From assembly GCA_051294375.1 (NCBI GenBank), contig CM119264.1:3019575-3083574 (forward strand): a DNA stretch of 64,000 nucleotides. The letters run 5' to 3'. The DNA comes from Paraspadella gotoi (Eukaryota > Animalia > Chaetognatha). The notes beneath the pieces were generated by a model that ran no database searches, was not told where the DNA came from, and worked only from the letters and a program-made list of their open reading frames with translations. The position numbers and the translations under genes were made by a program. Positions 51,701 through 64,000 of the stretch are shown here, one piece after another (the first letter of the stretch is position 1; every line of letters starts with the position of its first letter).

Positions 51701-54700
51701 GAGTTTCCTTGTCCAAGTGGCACATATAATCCTGACTATGGGAAAGTCGGTATATTCGATTGTTTAAATTGTACTCAAGGCAGTTTTTGTGAAGAAGGGA
51801 AACCACAGCCTGAGAAATGTCCTAAAGGAACATACATGCCTTATGGAATGAATAAATCTTACACAATGATTGGAGAAATCACGGCAAAAGCAGTGGCTGA
51901 TTGTCTTGATTGTCCGGGAGGATTTAGCTGTATAGAGGGTAGTGTTAAGCCTGAAGCTTGTGGAAAAACCTTTTTCTCAGAGCAAGGTGTTGGTGAATGT
52001 AAAACATGCCAGAAAGGGCATTTTTGTAGTAACATAACAACTTCTTTAATACAAATGTTAGGAGATATGCAATGTAGAGCTGGTAAATTGTGTAAAGAAG
52101 GTCTAAAAAATGATAGTGATGCTGATGACTGTAATCAAGGATATTATTGCCCTCAAGCCACAACCAAAGCTATTCCATGTATGGTTGGAACATTCAATCC
52201 AGATAAAGGAGGAAAAAATTATGATGCTTGCCAACCATGCACTCCTGGAAAGTATTGTACAGAGGCAAATGTCAACCCAATAGGATCATGCCAAAAAGGT
52301 TATTATTGTCCATCACCAATGGATAATCCTTTTGATTCAAAAAATGTCATAAAGTTTATTGGTAGTTATGGCTCAATGCAGTTATGCTGCCCTGGAGGAA
52401 CATATGTTGATGTTCCTGGTGCAAAAAATATTAGTGACTGCAAGACTTGTCCAGAGGAAAATTATTGCCCTGCTTGTAGTTTTGAGCCAACTTTATGCCC
52501 AAGAGGATCATTTTGTCCTGAAGGTTCTACTAACCCTAAACCATGCCCTAAAAGATATTATGGCAATTCTACTGGTCTGTCTCACCAGGAAAATTGTACT
52601 AAATGTGACATAGGAAGATACTGTGATTCTCCAGGTCTGTCCACGCCAAGAGGACCATGTGATCCAGGTTATTTATGTTATGAAGGATCAGAGACTGCAG
52701 CTCCCAATGATACCATTCAAGGAATTCCATGTCCAGTGGGTGGATACTGTCCTAGTGGCTCTTATGAGGCACTGCCATGTCCAATGGGAACATATTCAAA
52801 TGCTTCCAAGGCTGTAAATGAAGCTGATTGTAAAGACTGTGACCCCGGGTTTTATTGTTCAAAAATAAATGGCGGTGATAAAACCGGAGAGTGCTGGGGA
52901 GGATATTTCTGTCCAGGAAGAGCATCTTCACCCATGCAAAATGAATCTCAACCAGGATATTTTTCAAAAAATGGATCAAGAACACAAGATCCATGTTCTC
53001 CAGGTGAATATCAGCCTCAATCTGGACAATCCTCTTGTCTTTATTGTGAGGCTGGTTCTTATTGTGACGAGGAAAAAATGACAACAACCAAGATTTGCCC
53101 TGCTGGTTTTTACTGTGGAATGAAATCTAGAATTCCAACAGCTTGTCCAAGGGGAACATACTCAAATGTTTCAGCTCAAGCAAACATAAACGATTGCTTG
53201 AAATGTCCAAAGGGATACTTCTGTCAAGATATTGCTCTTACTGAACCAACTGGAAAATGTGAAGCAGGTTTTTTTTGTTGGGGAGGAGCCTATGGTCCTG
53301 AGCCTGTTTATAATAATGATAATTCTTCTGATAAAGAAATTGTTCTTTTTGGTGATCAATGTCAGCCAGGGCATTATTGCCCAAAAGGAACAACAGTAAT
53401 GCGGGCCTGCAATGTTGGAACATATAACCCAAACATTGGATCAAAATCAAATGATTCATGCATTCCATGTCCGGCGGGACAATTTTGTAATTCTAGTGGC
53501 TTAATATCTTGGTCAGGAGATTGTGATCCTGGTTATTTTTGTCAAGGGGGTGCAACAAGACCTGATCCCCCTGACAGCCTATGCCCTCCAAATTTTTTTT
53601 GTCCAGCTGGTACACAAATACTAAAAAAATGTGAGCCCGGTCAATATACTAATTCAACTGGGGCTTCAGAATGTTTGTGGTGCCCAAAAGGTTATTATTG
53701 TGATCCTGGTGAAGCTCCAGCACCATGTCCTCCTGGACATTTTTGTCCACCTTCCATTAAAGATAAACCAATATCGTCTCAAGTACTACAGGAATATGTT
53801 TGTGAAAAGGGTACAATTTTGCTTGAGCAGGGTATGTGGAGTCAAGAGAACTGCTCTTCCTGCCCTGGAGGTATGTTTTGTGCTGAACGAGGCCTATCAG
53901 AACCATCTGGTTTAATAGCTGCAGGTTTTTATTCAAAATATGGATCTAAAGTAGAAAGACCAATAGATGAGTTTTCAGAAGAAGGTATACGTGGCAAATG
54001 CCCAAAAGGATCATTTTGTGTTAAGGGAAGCTTTATACCTCAACCATGTCCAAAAGGTACTTTTGGGAGAGATGAAGGATATGAGAGTATAAATGATTGT
54101 TTACCAAGTTGCCCAGGAAGTTTTATCAATAGCAGTGGGGTAACAGCAATTCCTGGAAAAGAGTATCCTGATGATTGTCCAGGAAAAAAATGTTCTGCAG
54201 GATACTGGTGCAGTAACCAATTACCTGGTAGCGGAAATGTTGGATCAGATATTCCTAATCCTGTAGGAGAGCCCTATGGTGATATTTGCCCACCTGGCTA
54301 CTTTTGCAAAGAAGGATCAGATAAGCCATCAAAGTGTCCAAATGGAACATTTAATCGTCATTCGGGAGGAGAAGGGTGTGAGGTATGTCCAGAAGGTTTT
54401 TATTGTTTGGAAGGAACTTCTATCCCAGAGCCATGTCCCGCTGGATATTTTTGTCCAGCTGGAACAAAAAGTGAGTTTCAATATCCCTGTAAAGCAGGTA
54501 CTTTTAACAATAACACTCATTCATATTCAAATTCTAGCTGTAAGCCTTGTTTCTCTGGGTTTTATTGTTTGGAAGCAACTACCTTTCCCAGTTTATTATG
54601 TGAACCAGGTTATTACTGTCCAGAGTCTTCCCAATCTCCTCATGAAATGATATGCCCTGTGGGATCCTATTGTCCTGAAAAAGCCTCTACTCCATTTTCT

Positions 54701-57700
54701 TGCAAAGCTGGCAAATTTTGTAATCGACAAATGCTGTCTGAGCCAAATGGAAATTGTTCAGCAGGATTCTTCTGTTTAAGTGGTGCAAAGTCAAGCAAAC
54801 CATACAATGAAGACAGTGCTGGTCCTTGTCCTTCTGGTCATTATTGTCCACTTGCTAGTATTGTTGGTACACGCTGTCCACCAGGAACATTCTTAAACTA
54901 TTCAGGGGGAAAGGAAATTAATGATTGTATCGAATGCACATCAGGCAAATTCTGTGCTGGACTTGGGAATTCTTATCCATCAGCATTCTGCTCTGCAGGC
55001 TTTTACTGCCCTCCAGGCCAAAAAATACCAAATCCGCGAAATTTTGTATGTCCTTTAGGTCATTTTTGTCCAGAAGGATCAGAAGAACCTATCAGTTGCC
55101 CATCTGGAACCTATCAGGACGAAATGGGAATGGAAGTATGTAAAGATTGCCCCCCAGGATTTTATTGTGACTCAAGAAATGGATCTATTATAACATTTAA
55201 CATGACACTCTGTCCGAGTGGGTATTATTGCCCTAACAAAACTGGATATGCAGGAGAATTTCCTTGTCCAATAGGAACTTACAATCCAACAACAGGCCGT
55301 AAATCTGAACAAAATTGCTTAAAATGTCCTTCAGGTTTTTTTTGTGATGTTATTGCAGCAACAAACTATTCAAAACTTTGTCCAAAAAAATATTTTTGTA
55401 AACTTGGGGCAGGATCCTCTGAATTTACTAGTGAGTTAACGGGTCCATGTCCTATTGGACATTTTTGTCCAGAAGGAACAGGAGATCCTTTGAAATGTCC
55501 CAAAGGCACATATTCCAATCATACAATGCTTGAAAAAGAAGAAGAGTGTAACTCGTGCCCCCCAGGATATTTCTGTTCCAAACCTGGCTTAGACCAGCCT
55601 TCCGGATATTGTAGAGAAGGTTTTTATTGTCCTAATAATTCAGTTTCCGAAGTCCAAAGTTTATGTCCAAAAGGACATTACTGTCCAGAAGGTTCTGGTT
55701 TTCCTATTCCTTGTAAAAAAGGAACTTATGGACCTAACATTGGTTTGACAAACTGTACAATTTGCCCTGGAGGGTCTTTCTGTGCTGAAGATGGCCAAAT
55801 TAGTGTAAGTGGGGAATGTTGGGGTGGTTATTATTGTTCTGAAGGTTCTATTAGTCCACAGCCAACCAATTCTTATTGTGAAATAGGTTTTTTTTGTCCT
55901 AATGGCACTGTTATGCAAATACCATGTCAAAACAATACTTATACAAATCAAACTCATGCAACATCTTGTGAAATGTGCAAAGAGGGTTTCTTTTGTGAAG
56001 TCTTAGGGATCTCAAAACCATGCCCAAAGGGTTATTATTGCCCTGCAGGCACAGCGTCAAATTATAAACCCTGCCCAAAAGGTACATATAATGATATAGA
56101 AAAGTTATCCTTGAAAGATGATTGTAAACCATGTCCTGGAGGTAAATATTGCAATCAATTAGCATTAACTATACCCGGGAGTGGTTTATGTGAAAGAGGT
56201 TACTACTGTTTCAAAGGTGCTGATTCGCCAAATCCATTTTTAGAATATAACTCATCTTGTTTTGAAGGTCATAGTAGCTGTAGTGGAGTCTGTCCTAAAG
56301 GACATTATTGTGAAGAAGGAAGTTCTGTACCAACACCATGTCCTCAAGGTACATTTACTAATATTCAGGGTTCATCATCATGTCTTGTATGCCCTGCTGG
56401 ATATTATTGTCATAATAAAACGTCAGATTATACTCTTTTTCCATGTCCTGTTGGAAGTTTCTGTCCAAGTGGGACAGTTTATCCTGAACCATGTCCTGCT
56501 GGGTATTTTAATAAAAAAATCTCAATACAATCAAAGAATGAATGTGAAGAATGCTTACCAGGATTTTACTGTTCACAGCAAAATTTAACTAAACCATCTG
56601 GGTCTTGCTATGGAGGTTATTATTGTAATGGAAGTGCTACCACTCCTTTGCAATATGATTGTCCTAAAGGTGCTTTTTGTCCACCTGGAAGTGTTAAACC
56701 CACTCCTTGTAAACCAGGATTCTTTTGCCCAGGAAAGAATTTGAATTCTTCACTTTTACCTTGTGATGCGGGACATTATTGTAATGAAGGTTCTCATATC
56801 AGTAACCCTACTGAAGAAGATATTGGTGGATCATGCCCTCCTGGGCATTATTGTCCTCAAGGGAGCTTCTCTCCACTTCCTTGTCCACCAGGAACATTTA
56901 GTATGTTGGGGCTGCTACATAGTAAAAGTCAATGTAATGATTGTACACCAGGAAAGTGTTGTCCAAAATATGGTACCACAAATGCTAGTAACATCTGTGA
57001 ACCTGGTTATTATTGCCCAGGAAATCAAACTTCTTGTAGTCCTCCGGACTTCAAATGTCCTGTAGGCCATTATTGTCCTGCTGGAAGTTCATCTCCTTTT
57101 AGATGCTATTCAGGATTTTATCAAGATCAGGAATTACAAAGTAATTGCAAAAGTTGTCCTGCTGGTTTTTTCTGTGACAATACCACATCGCCTGTTGTTC
57201 TTTTTAATGATTCATCTTGTCCGACTGGTTATTACTGTCCTCAAGAAACAAAATATAAATTTCAATATCCTTGTCAAGCTGGAACATACAATAATCAGCA
57301 GCAACGTACTAATAAAAATGACTGTAAACCCTGTCCATCTGGATTCATTTGCTCCAATGTTGGGCTAAAAGAGCCGGATGGCATATGTGAAGAAGGTTAT
57401 TATTGTCTTAATGGGGCAGCATCTTCACTCCCAGATGGCATATCAGTGAATGATTGTCCTAAAGGTTTTTATTGTCAAAAAGGAACAGGCACTCCAACTG
57501 CATGTCCAGAGGGAACATACAATAATTTTTTTAACTTGAAAAACGTTTCAGAATGCAAAGATTGTCATGCAGGGCATTTCTGTAATGAAAAAAATATGAC
57601 AGAATCTGGAACTAATTGCAATGCTGGATACTTTTGCCCTCCTGGATCAGTTTCACCAAAAGAGAATGTATGTTCTAAAGGTTATTATTGTCCTGAAGGT

Positions 57701-60700
57701 ACGACTAGAGAATTACCTTGTGAGCCTGGCACATATTCAGATATAGAAGGACTTTCTCAGAAAAATGAATGCAAACAATGCTTACCAGGTTTTTTTTGCC
57801 CTGACTATGCCCAAACAAAAGTTGATAATAAATGCTGGTCTGGCTTCTACTGTCCACGTGGTCAAAAAAATTCAACAAATTACCTCTGTCCCCCAAATTA
57901 TTATTGCCCAAATGGTTCATCTAAACCAGAAATATGTGATGCTGGCACATACTCCATTGATTCTGGTTCATATCATTGTAAAGTTTGCCCAGCAGGAAAG
58001 TTTTGTTATTTTAATGAAAGCAATTCAAATGCATTAAATCCTTGCCCAGTTGGTCATTATTGTCCAGAAGGAACTGGACTTGATTTTAAAAAATGTCCGA
58101 TAGGAACATATAATCCTTCTCTCGGGTTAAAAAGTGAATCAGAATGCTTATCATGTAAACCCGGTCATTACTGTGAAAGTCCTGGTTTAAGCCAACCAAC
58201 AGATAAATGCTTTCCAGGGTTTTACTGTATTAGTGGCGTTAATACTGGTAATCCACAAAATAATAGTTATTTATATACATTCTCATTCAATTTAAGTTTA
58301 GAAGTTCATTATACTGGCGTTGGTGGAATATGCCCAAAAGGTCATTATTGCCAACAAGGAGCCAATCGACCCATACCATGCAAGGCAGGAACTTATTCAG
58401 ATGTAATTGGTTTGAGCAGTTGCAAATTATGTCCATCAGGGTATTTTTGTAAAGTTGGATCAATAGAATATAATGAAAATGTTTGCCCAGTTGGCTCTTA
58501 CTGCCCCAGAGGCACAAATGATAGTTTAGCATATTTATGCCCAAAAGGAACTTTCAGTCCTAATGTTGGAGCAATTAAAGTTGAAAACTGTCTTCAGTGT
58601 ACAGGTGGAAAATACTGTGAAAATGAAGGCTTATCTGAACCAACAGGAAACTGCAGTGAAGGATATTACTGTGATAATGGATCTACTTCTATGAATGAAA
58701 AAATTTGCCCAAAAGGAAATATTTGTCCCTCAGGTTCTTTTAGGCCTTTACCTTGCCCAGGGGGATTTTTCTGTGATTCCAATGGTTTATCAGCACCCTC
58801 TGGAGAGTGTAAAGCGGGATATTATTGTATTCAAAATGCTACTACAGGTATTTAAAAAAATCCCCTTAAGTAATATAATTTTAAAGCATACTTTTGGGAA
58901 AGTTCTTTCTTTTTGAAACATGTCCTGCTATATTACAAATCAAATCGTTGTTGATAAGACTTCGTCTTTATTTTCAATTAAGCATACTTTTAAAATATTA
59001 TTATTTTTGGCATTTCCATACAAATAGGGCTTGTATTAAGTAAAAATCTACTACTTCTCCCAATAGGCTAATTTTGCTTATAACAGTTTTTATTCTAAAA
59101 ATATTTTGTTTTTTTTATATATGGAAAAAAGCTAAACCCTTATTATATATTTTTTAAAAGATCTGTTTTAACAGTAAATTAATGTGGTCCTATTAATAAA
59201 TCTAATTATTTTTATTTAGGCCGTCCTCTTGACAATGCAACTGGAGGCTATTGCCCTGTTGGCTTTTACTGTAATAATGCAACTGTTTTTCCACAACCTT
59301 GCCCACAAGGAACTTTTAGCAATGTTGAAGGACTCCAATCAATCTCTGACTGCTTTATTTGCCCAGCAGGATTTTACTGCAAAGAATACAATTTAACTCA
59401 ACCAAGTGGCAAATGTAATGCAGGGTTTTTTTGTCCAGAAGGTTCAATAAGCTCTAATGAAAAAATTTGCAGTAAAGGGCATTTTTGCCCAAAACATTCA
59501 AGTATTGAACGTGCATGTGATGTTGGAACATATCAGGACCAAGATATGCAATCTTATTGTAAATCATGCCCTGAAGGATATCTTTGTAACAAATCTGCCA
59601 TTACTGATGTTGATAGCATGTACATCTGTCCCACTGGTTTTTATTGTCCAACTGGTTCATCATTTATCACTTATAAACCATGTCCAATTGGAACGTATAA
59701 CAACATGACAGGGTTATATAATGAAAGTCAATGTACTCCATGTAACCAGGGATATTATTGTGATAACAAAGGATTATCAGATGTAGCAGGTCCTTGTGAA
59801 TCTGGTTATTTTTGTAAACATTCAGCTAAATCAAGTCAACCTTTTGAAGGAGACAATGCAAACATTTGCCCTATGGGGCATTATTGTCCTTCACGTTGCT
59901 ATTTACCAATTCCATGTCCAATTGGAACTTATAGCTCTGCAATTGGTTTAAATGATGCTTCAGAGTGCACTATCTGTGATGTAGGAAACTATTGTAATGA
60001 AACCGGTTTGCTAAAACCAGTAGATTTATGTGATGCTGGCTGGTTTTGCTCCAATGGTTCCATCACCTCCAAACAAGAACTATGCCCAAAAGGTTTTTAT
60101 TGTCCAAAAGGTACAACTAAGTTAAAACCCTGTCCACCAGGAAGATTTTCCAACAATCAAGGGTTAAAAAACTTATCTCAGTGTGATTATTGTTTAGAAG
60201 GAATGTTTTGTAGTTTGTCTGGGCTTGAATTCCCAAATGGGTATTGTAAATCTCGTTATTATTGTCCTGAAGGCTCACAACATGGAAATGCTTGTCCATT
60301 AGCTCATTTTTGTCCAGGAAATACATCAGAACCTGTAGCGTGTAGTGAAGGGCAGTATTCAAATGTAACCTTATCTGATCAATGTTATGATTGTCCTGAA
60401 GGATTTTTTTGTAGGGATGGCCTAGTGACAGGAGAATGTCCTCAAGGTTATTGGTGCCCAGCAGGCACAGGAATGAATTGGAAAAAATGTCCTGTTGGAA
60501 CATACAGTAATTTAACTGGGTTAACGAACAGTTTAGCTTGCTTATCTTGTTTGGGTGGACAATTCTGTGAAGAGCAAGCAATGACAGAGCCAAGTGGTAT
60601 TTGTGAAAAAGGATATTTTTGTAAATGTGGTGCAAAGACTAAAAATCCCTCAGGCTGTAATAACAACACAGATGATAAATGCAGTAATAGTGAAAATGCT

Positions 60701-63700
60701 GGACCCTGTCCAAAAGGGTTTTATTGTCCTCAAGGTACAGCAGAACCCAAAATATGCACTGCTGGCAGCTATTCAAATTCGACAGGTCTGTCGGAATGCA
60801 TTAAGTGCCCTGCTGGTAGCTTCTGTCCAAAAGGATCTGAAAACATTCCATGCCCTCAAGGATATTACTGCCCACCAGGAACATCAGATCCATATTTCTA
60901 TCCTTGTCCTCAAGGTACTTACGGAACAAGATTAAGATTAACAAATGCATCAGAATGTAACATATGTCCAAGTGGTTACTATTGTTCTGAAAAAGGAATG
61001 AAAAATGTTTCAGGAGAATGTAAGGCTGGTTTTTTTTGTGAGGAGGGTTCCGCTATCAATAATCCAAATATCTGTCCCATCGGAAGTTATTGCATTAGTG
61101 GTTCAGCAAAGCCTAAAGAATGTGACCCTGGCAAATATTGCAATTCTGAGGGATTAGATACTCCAAGTGGTCCATGTAAAGCAGGTTATTATTGTGAATG
61201 GAATTCAACAACTTCAACTCCTGAATTGACAAAAAGTGGATCTTTTTGCCCAAAAGGCTCATACTGTCCCGAAAATTCTACATCACCTACCAAATGTAAT
61301 CCAGGAACCTTTTCAAATATAACTCATGCCATATCAAAAAATGATTGTTTACCATGTTTAGAGGGTTTTTATTGCCCAAATTATGGAACAGATTTTCCAA
61401 AGATTTTATGTCCACCAACTTATTATTGTAATAATGGTCAATCTACTGGTACTGATAATGTTTGTCCTGTTGGACATTTTTGCCCAGAAGGATCTTCTCA
61501 TGCTAGAGCATGTAGCAGTGGATTTTATCAAGATGAAATAAAACAGAATTCATGCAAAGTTTGTCCAGCTGGATTTTACTGTAAGAATGGAACTGAATCT
61601 TTAACTGATTTCAGATTATGCCCACCGGGATATTATTGCCCAAATGGTACCAGATTCTCTTTTGAATATCCTTGCACTGAAGGAACATTTAACAATTTAA
61701 CTGGCGCTAAATCAGAGGAATCATGTAAGCCTTGCTGGGAAGGATATCATTGCCCCAACAAAGGTACAATAATTCCCGCTATGTTATGCAAGTCAGGTTT
61801 TTTCTGCAACAAAGGGTCAAATACATCAATACCATTAGATGGTATTTGTCCCCAGGGACATTTTTGCCCATCCGGTTCTTCAGTAGCTTCAAAGTGCCCA
61901 GTAGGAACTTTTAACAATAGGACTGGTTTAACTAGTTCTTCAGAATGTGCCACATGTTTAGCAGGATTTTTTTGTCCTCAAGTGGGTCAAGTATATCCAG
62001 AAAATTTATGTTTTGAAGGTTATTTTTGTGAAGCAGGTTCATGGAACTCAACAAAAAATATCTGCCCTGAAGGCCATTATTGTTCAAAAGGCTCCTCTAA
62101 ACCAACACCATGTCCAAGAGGTACTTTCTCTGATAGCCAAGGTTTAACTAAAGTAGAAGGTTGCAAACCATGCTTAGGAGGCAAATATTGCAATGGCTCT
62201 GGATTATCAAAACCATCTGGCTTGTGTGACTCAGGTTATTTTTGTAAAGAAAACTCATACACCAGCATTCCAAATCCAAATACATATGTTTGCCCAATAG
62301 GGTTTTACTGTCCTCAAGGGAGCACAATTCCAATTCCATGTCCACCAGGATATTTCACAAATTTGACTGCATCAGAAAGTTGTCTCATCTGCCCTGCAGG
62401 ATATTTCTGTCTCCCTTTAACATTTAATGAAACTGAAACGCCTGGCTACTTTTTATGCCCACAAGGATACTATTGTGAAGAAGGTTCTGGAACAAATTAT
62501 AGCTCATGTCCACCAGGGACTTTTTCTATTAAAAAAGGATTAAAATCAATATCAGAATGTATAGCTTGCCCTGCAGAACATTATTGTGATGGTACTACTC
62601 TCACTAAACCTACTGGTTTATGCCAAAAAGGTTATTATTGTTTTGAAGGGGTTAATGTTTCAAATCCAACCGGAGTCAATAATTTGGGAAAAGGAGGATT
62701 TTGTTATCCAGGAACATATTGTAATGGTTCTCAAGAACCATTGCCTTGTCCAGAAGGCACTTTTCAATCTCAAAAAGCAAAAGACTCATGTGATCCCTGC
62801 TTGAAAGGATATTATTGTCCTGAAAACTCTTCATCCTTGATAAATTATGTTTGTCCAATTGGATTTTACTGCCCTATAGGAACTAGAAAAGCAACAGAAT
62901 TTCCTTGCCCACCTGGGACATTTAGTAACCAAACAGGGCTCCTGGATGTTAATAAATGTACAAACTGTATATCAGGATTTTTTTGCTCTAAAAATGGATT
63001 GGGTGAACCAGAAGGTGAATGCGATGAAGGCTACTACTGCACAGAAGGTGCATCAAGTAAAAGACCAACAGAAGGTATATGTCCTGTAGGACATTACTGC
63101 CCTAGAGGGTCATCATTTCCTATTCCATGTGATATTGGTCAATATTGTGATGTTACAGGCTTGACTTCACCTAAAGGAAAATGTGCTGAGGGATATTTTT
63201 GCTCAGGAAATTCATCAACTCCCTTCCCCATTAATAATATGGGAGGGTACGTTTGTCCTGCTGGTTATTACTGTCCTGAAGGAACAACACATCCTGTCCC
63301 TTGTCCTGAAGGAACTTACCGTTCTTTTACTGGGGGTTACAATATTTCTTCTTGTCAATCATGCCAGCCTGGATATTTTTGTAATGGTACAGCTCTTACT
63401 AATTCTACTAGTAAATGCCCCGGTGGGTTTTTCTGTCCAGAAGGTGAAATATTGCCAAATAAATATTGTTTTGCTGGTTATCACTGCCCAGTTCAAAGTT
63501 CATCTCCAATGGTTTGCCCTTATGGCCATTATCAGCCTTTAAGTGGTCAGGAGGACTGCATAATATGTCCCTCAGGATATTTTTGTGATTCTAAAGAGGC
63601 TAGAGAAAATTTGACTTTATTTCCTTGTCCAAAAGGACATTATTGCTTAAATGGTACAAAATCAATGTGTCCTCCTGGATATTATAATGATAAGGTTGGT

Positions 63701-64000
63701 TTAAAATACTTATCACAGTGTGATGAATGTTTACCTGGATACATTTGTCCTTTTTGGGGTGAAAGTTATCCTAATACTACTTGCCCTGCTGGCTATTACT
63801 GTAAGATTAAAGCTAACTCATTTATTCCTAATGATGAACCCAACTCTGGAATTTGCCCTAAAGGTCATTATTGCCCAGAATTTTCAACTTTTGCAATTAA
63901 ATGTCCGAGAGGTACCTATAATGATTTAAAAGGATCATTTCAAATAGAAAATTGTAAAAATTGTACTGCTGGTTATTACTGCAGTAAAGAAGGTTTAATT
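28033..64000 (+). CDS. Giant cysteine-repeat extracellular protein (Ephrin_rec_like/GCC2-GCC3-type repeats), multi-exon, 3' incomplete
   Basis: Exons 28033-28150, 28247-28346, 28891-~28980, 39746-39980, 40739-40946, 44384-44589, 45248-45412, 46047-46246, 46417-46627, 47115-47279, 47419-47649, 47878-48011, 48173-48339, 48783-49012, 49216-49350, 49548-49715, 51019-51201, 51270-58847, 59220->64000. All are GT-AG and phase-compatible except the uncertain exon-3 donor. CPxGxYC / CxxCPxG repeats throughout. Confidence 0.9.
28247..28346 (+). CDS. Cys-repeat gene exon 2
   Basis: [33 protein letters not shown]; gtgagt donor. Confidence 0.85.
28891..28980 (+). CDS. Cys-repeat gene exon 3 (3' end uncertain)
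   Basis: [29 protein letters not shown]. Confidence 0.75.
29715..39680 (+). repeat. Indel-rich ~10 kb duplicate of ~39695-48980; likely artefact
   Basis: Every exon and intron of 39.7-49.0 kb recurs in order with scattered insertions; abrupt junction at ~39675-39695. Confidence 0.9.
39746..39980 (+). CDS. Cys-repeat gene exon 4 (clean copy)
   Basis: PCPSGTYAPSTASATCSPCLKNHRCPEEG...ACSNGTYADKK. Confidence 0.9.
40739..40946 (+). CDS. Cys-repeat gene exon 5
   Basis: GLTSCQPCSAGHTC...CVDCPMGFGCGEKNKSPV. Confidence 0.9.
40970..41055. repeat. (CTTT)n microsatellite
   Basis: Direct inspection. Confidence 0.95.
42740..43366. repeat. Tandem repeat, 171-bp unit x4 (second copy has a 55-bp deletion)
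   Basis: Unit start tttatcactcctgtgacc at 42740, 42911, 43027, 43198. Confidence 0.9.
44384..44589 (+). CDS. Cys-repeat gene exon 6
   Basis: CPTGTIAATPKQISCTRCEVGKIPNEASTACLECPAGKAC...CSICPG. Confidence 0.9.
45248..45412 (+). CDS. Cys-repeat gene exon 7
   Basis: GFKCSSTSLLPTPCDNGEISPNGSVACEACPTGYRC...CVAGEYSDEK. Confidence 0.9.
46047..46246 (+). CDS. Cys-repeat gene exon 8
   Basis: ATSCTTCPSGSYCPLG...GRAESCL; gtaagt donor. Confidence 0.9.
46417..46627 (+). CDS. Cys-repeat gene exon 9
   Basis: PCPDGYKCASASAQPVRC...DCLACPA. Confidence 0.9.
47115..47279 (+). CDS. Cys-repeat gene exon 10
   Basis: GFSCPAKDGSQNEPCPSGSYALSG...CEPGTYAL. Confidence 0.9.
   Translation, partial: ASAVRPKTGVKTSPVRQAATLCPDRRFVRRAPPVRLVLTETGPIRLTANLARTL
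47419..47649 (+). CDS. Cys-repeat gene exon 11
   Basis: AGSASCQVCPAGSAC...ECTQCAA. Confidence 0.9.
47878..48011 (+). CDS. Cys-repeat gene exon 12
   Basis: GKYCPFTTRDESYACPTGSYSTGGRAECVQCPPGFACPNPSVAQE. Confidence 0.9.
48173..48339 (+). CDS. Cys-repeat gene exon 13
   Basis: ISCLPGTYSPGGEPACLPCPQGSHC...CSLCEAGF. Confidence 0.9.
48783..49012 (+). CDS. Cys-repeat gene exon 14
   Basis: RCPSNKFSDRVSCDDGEYS...CPSGTFNDAEKGESL. Confidence 0.9.
49216..49350 (+). CDS. Cys-repeat gene exon 15
   Basis: ATACHPCPAGFYCHNKG...YCPIGTSQEGGIPCP. Confidence 0.9.
49548..49715 (+). CDS. Cys-repeat gene exon 16
   Basis: GGTEHSLENQTDVTSCQRCPAGHYCPEG...NPCPP. Confidence 0.9.
49962..50933. mobile_element. Non-autonomous TIR DNA transposon, Tc1/mariner-type (TA flanks), intronic
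   Basis: Left CCCCGTGAGCCAGAACGGATAGCAC vs revcomp of right end CCCCGTGAGCCAGAACGGATGGCAC (24/25); TA at 49960-61 and 50934-35; 972 bp with no intact transposase ORF. Confidence 0.88.
51019..51201 (+). CDS. Cys-repeat gene exon 17
   Basis: GTFGDGEGFESKDDCRPCPAGAYCPGG...NCIPCPA. Confidence 0.92.
51270..58847 (+). CDS. Cys-repeat gene exon 18 (7,578 bp)
   Basis: Acceptor ttttaag at 51269; contains the 2504-aa ORF; donor ACAG|gtattt at 58848. Confidence 0.95.
59220..64000 (+). CDS. Cys-repeat gene exon 19 (>4.7 kb, runs off window)
   Basis: Acceptor tatttag at 59219; GRPLDNATGGYCPVGFYC...CTAGYYCSKEGLI with the same frame at both ends. Presumably absent from the ORF track because there is no stop in the window. 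Confidence 0.93.

Noticed and set aside
51528-63929. Short alternative-frame and antisense ORFs within the giant exons
   Set aside because: Shadows of the main Cys-repeat frame with no recognisable motifs.

Overview
This is eukaryotic (animal-like, spliceosomal GT-AG) genomic DNA from a draft assembly with N-gaps and indel-rich duplicated blocks that look like uncorrected long-read gap fill. There are three + strand multi-exon genes. (1) The 3' end of a Ser/Thr-rich mucin-VWA-calcium-binding-EGF protein (to ~6.4 kb). (2) An STKLD1-like kinase with ARM-like repeats and intact catalytic motifs (6959-27154). Its introns hold six tRNA genes and a ~2.5 kb array of a 70-bp hairpin-forming repeat. 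(3) A giant cysteine-repeat (Ephrin_rec_like/GCC2-GCC3-type) protein from 28033 past the window end, ~5,100 aa visible, with 7.6 kb and >4.7 kb exons and a TA-flanked TIR transposon in an intron. Two signals stand out: many introns have intron-specific complementary sequences next to their 5' and 3' splice sites, and CpG/GC3 content switches abruptly inside gene 3 at ~49.1-49.3 kb. All gene models were spliced by eye; no searches or folding computations were run.
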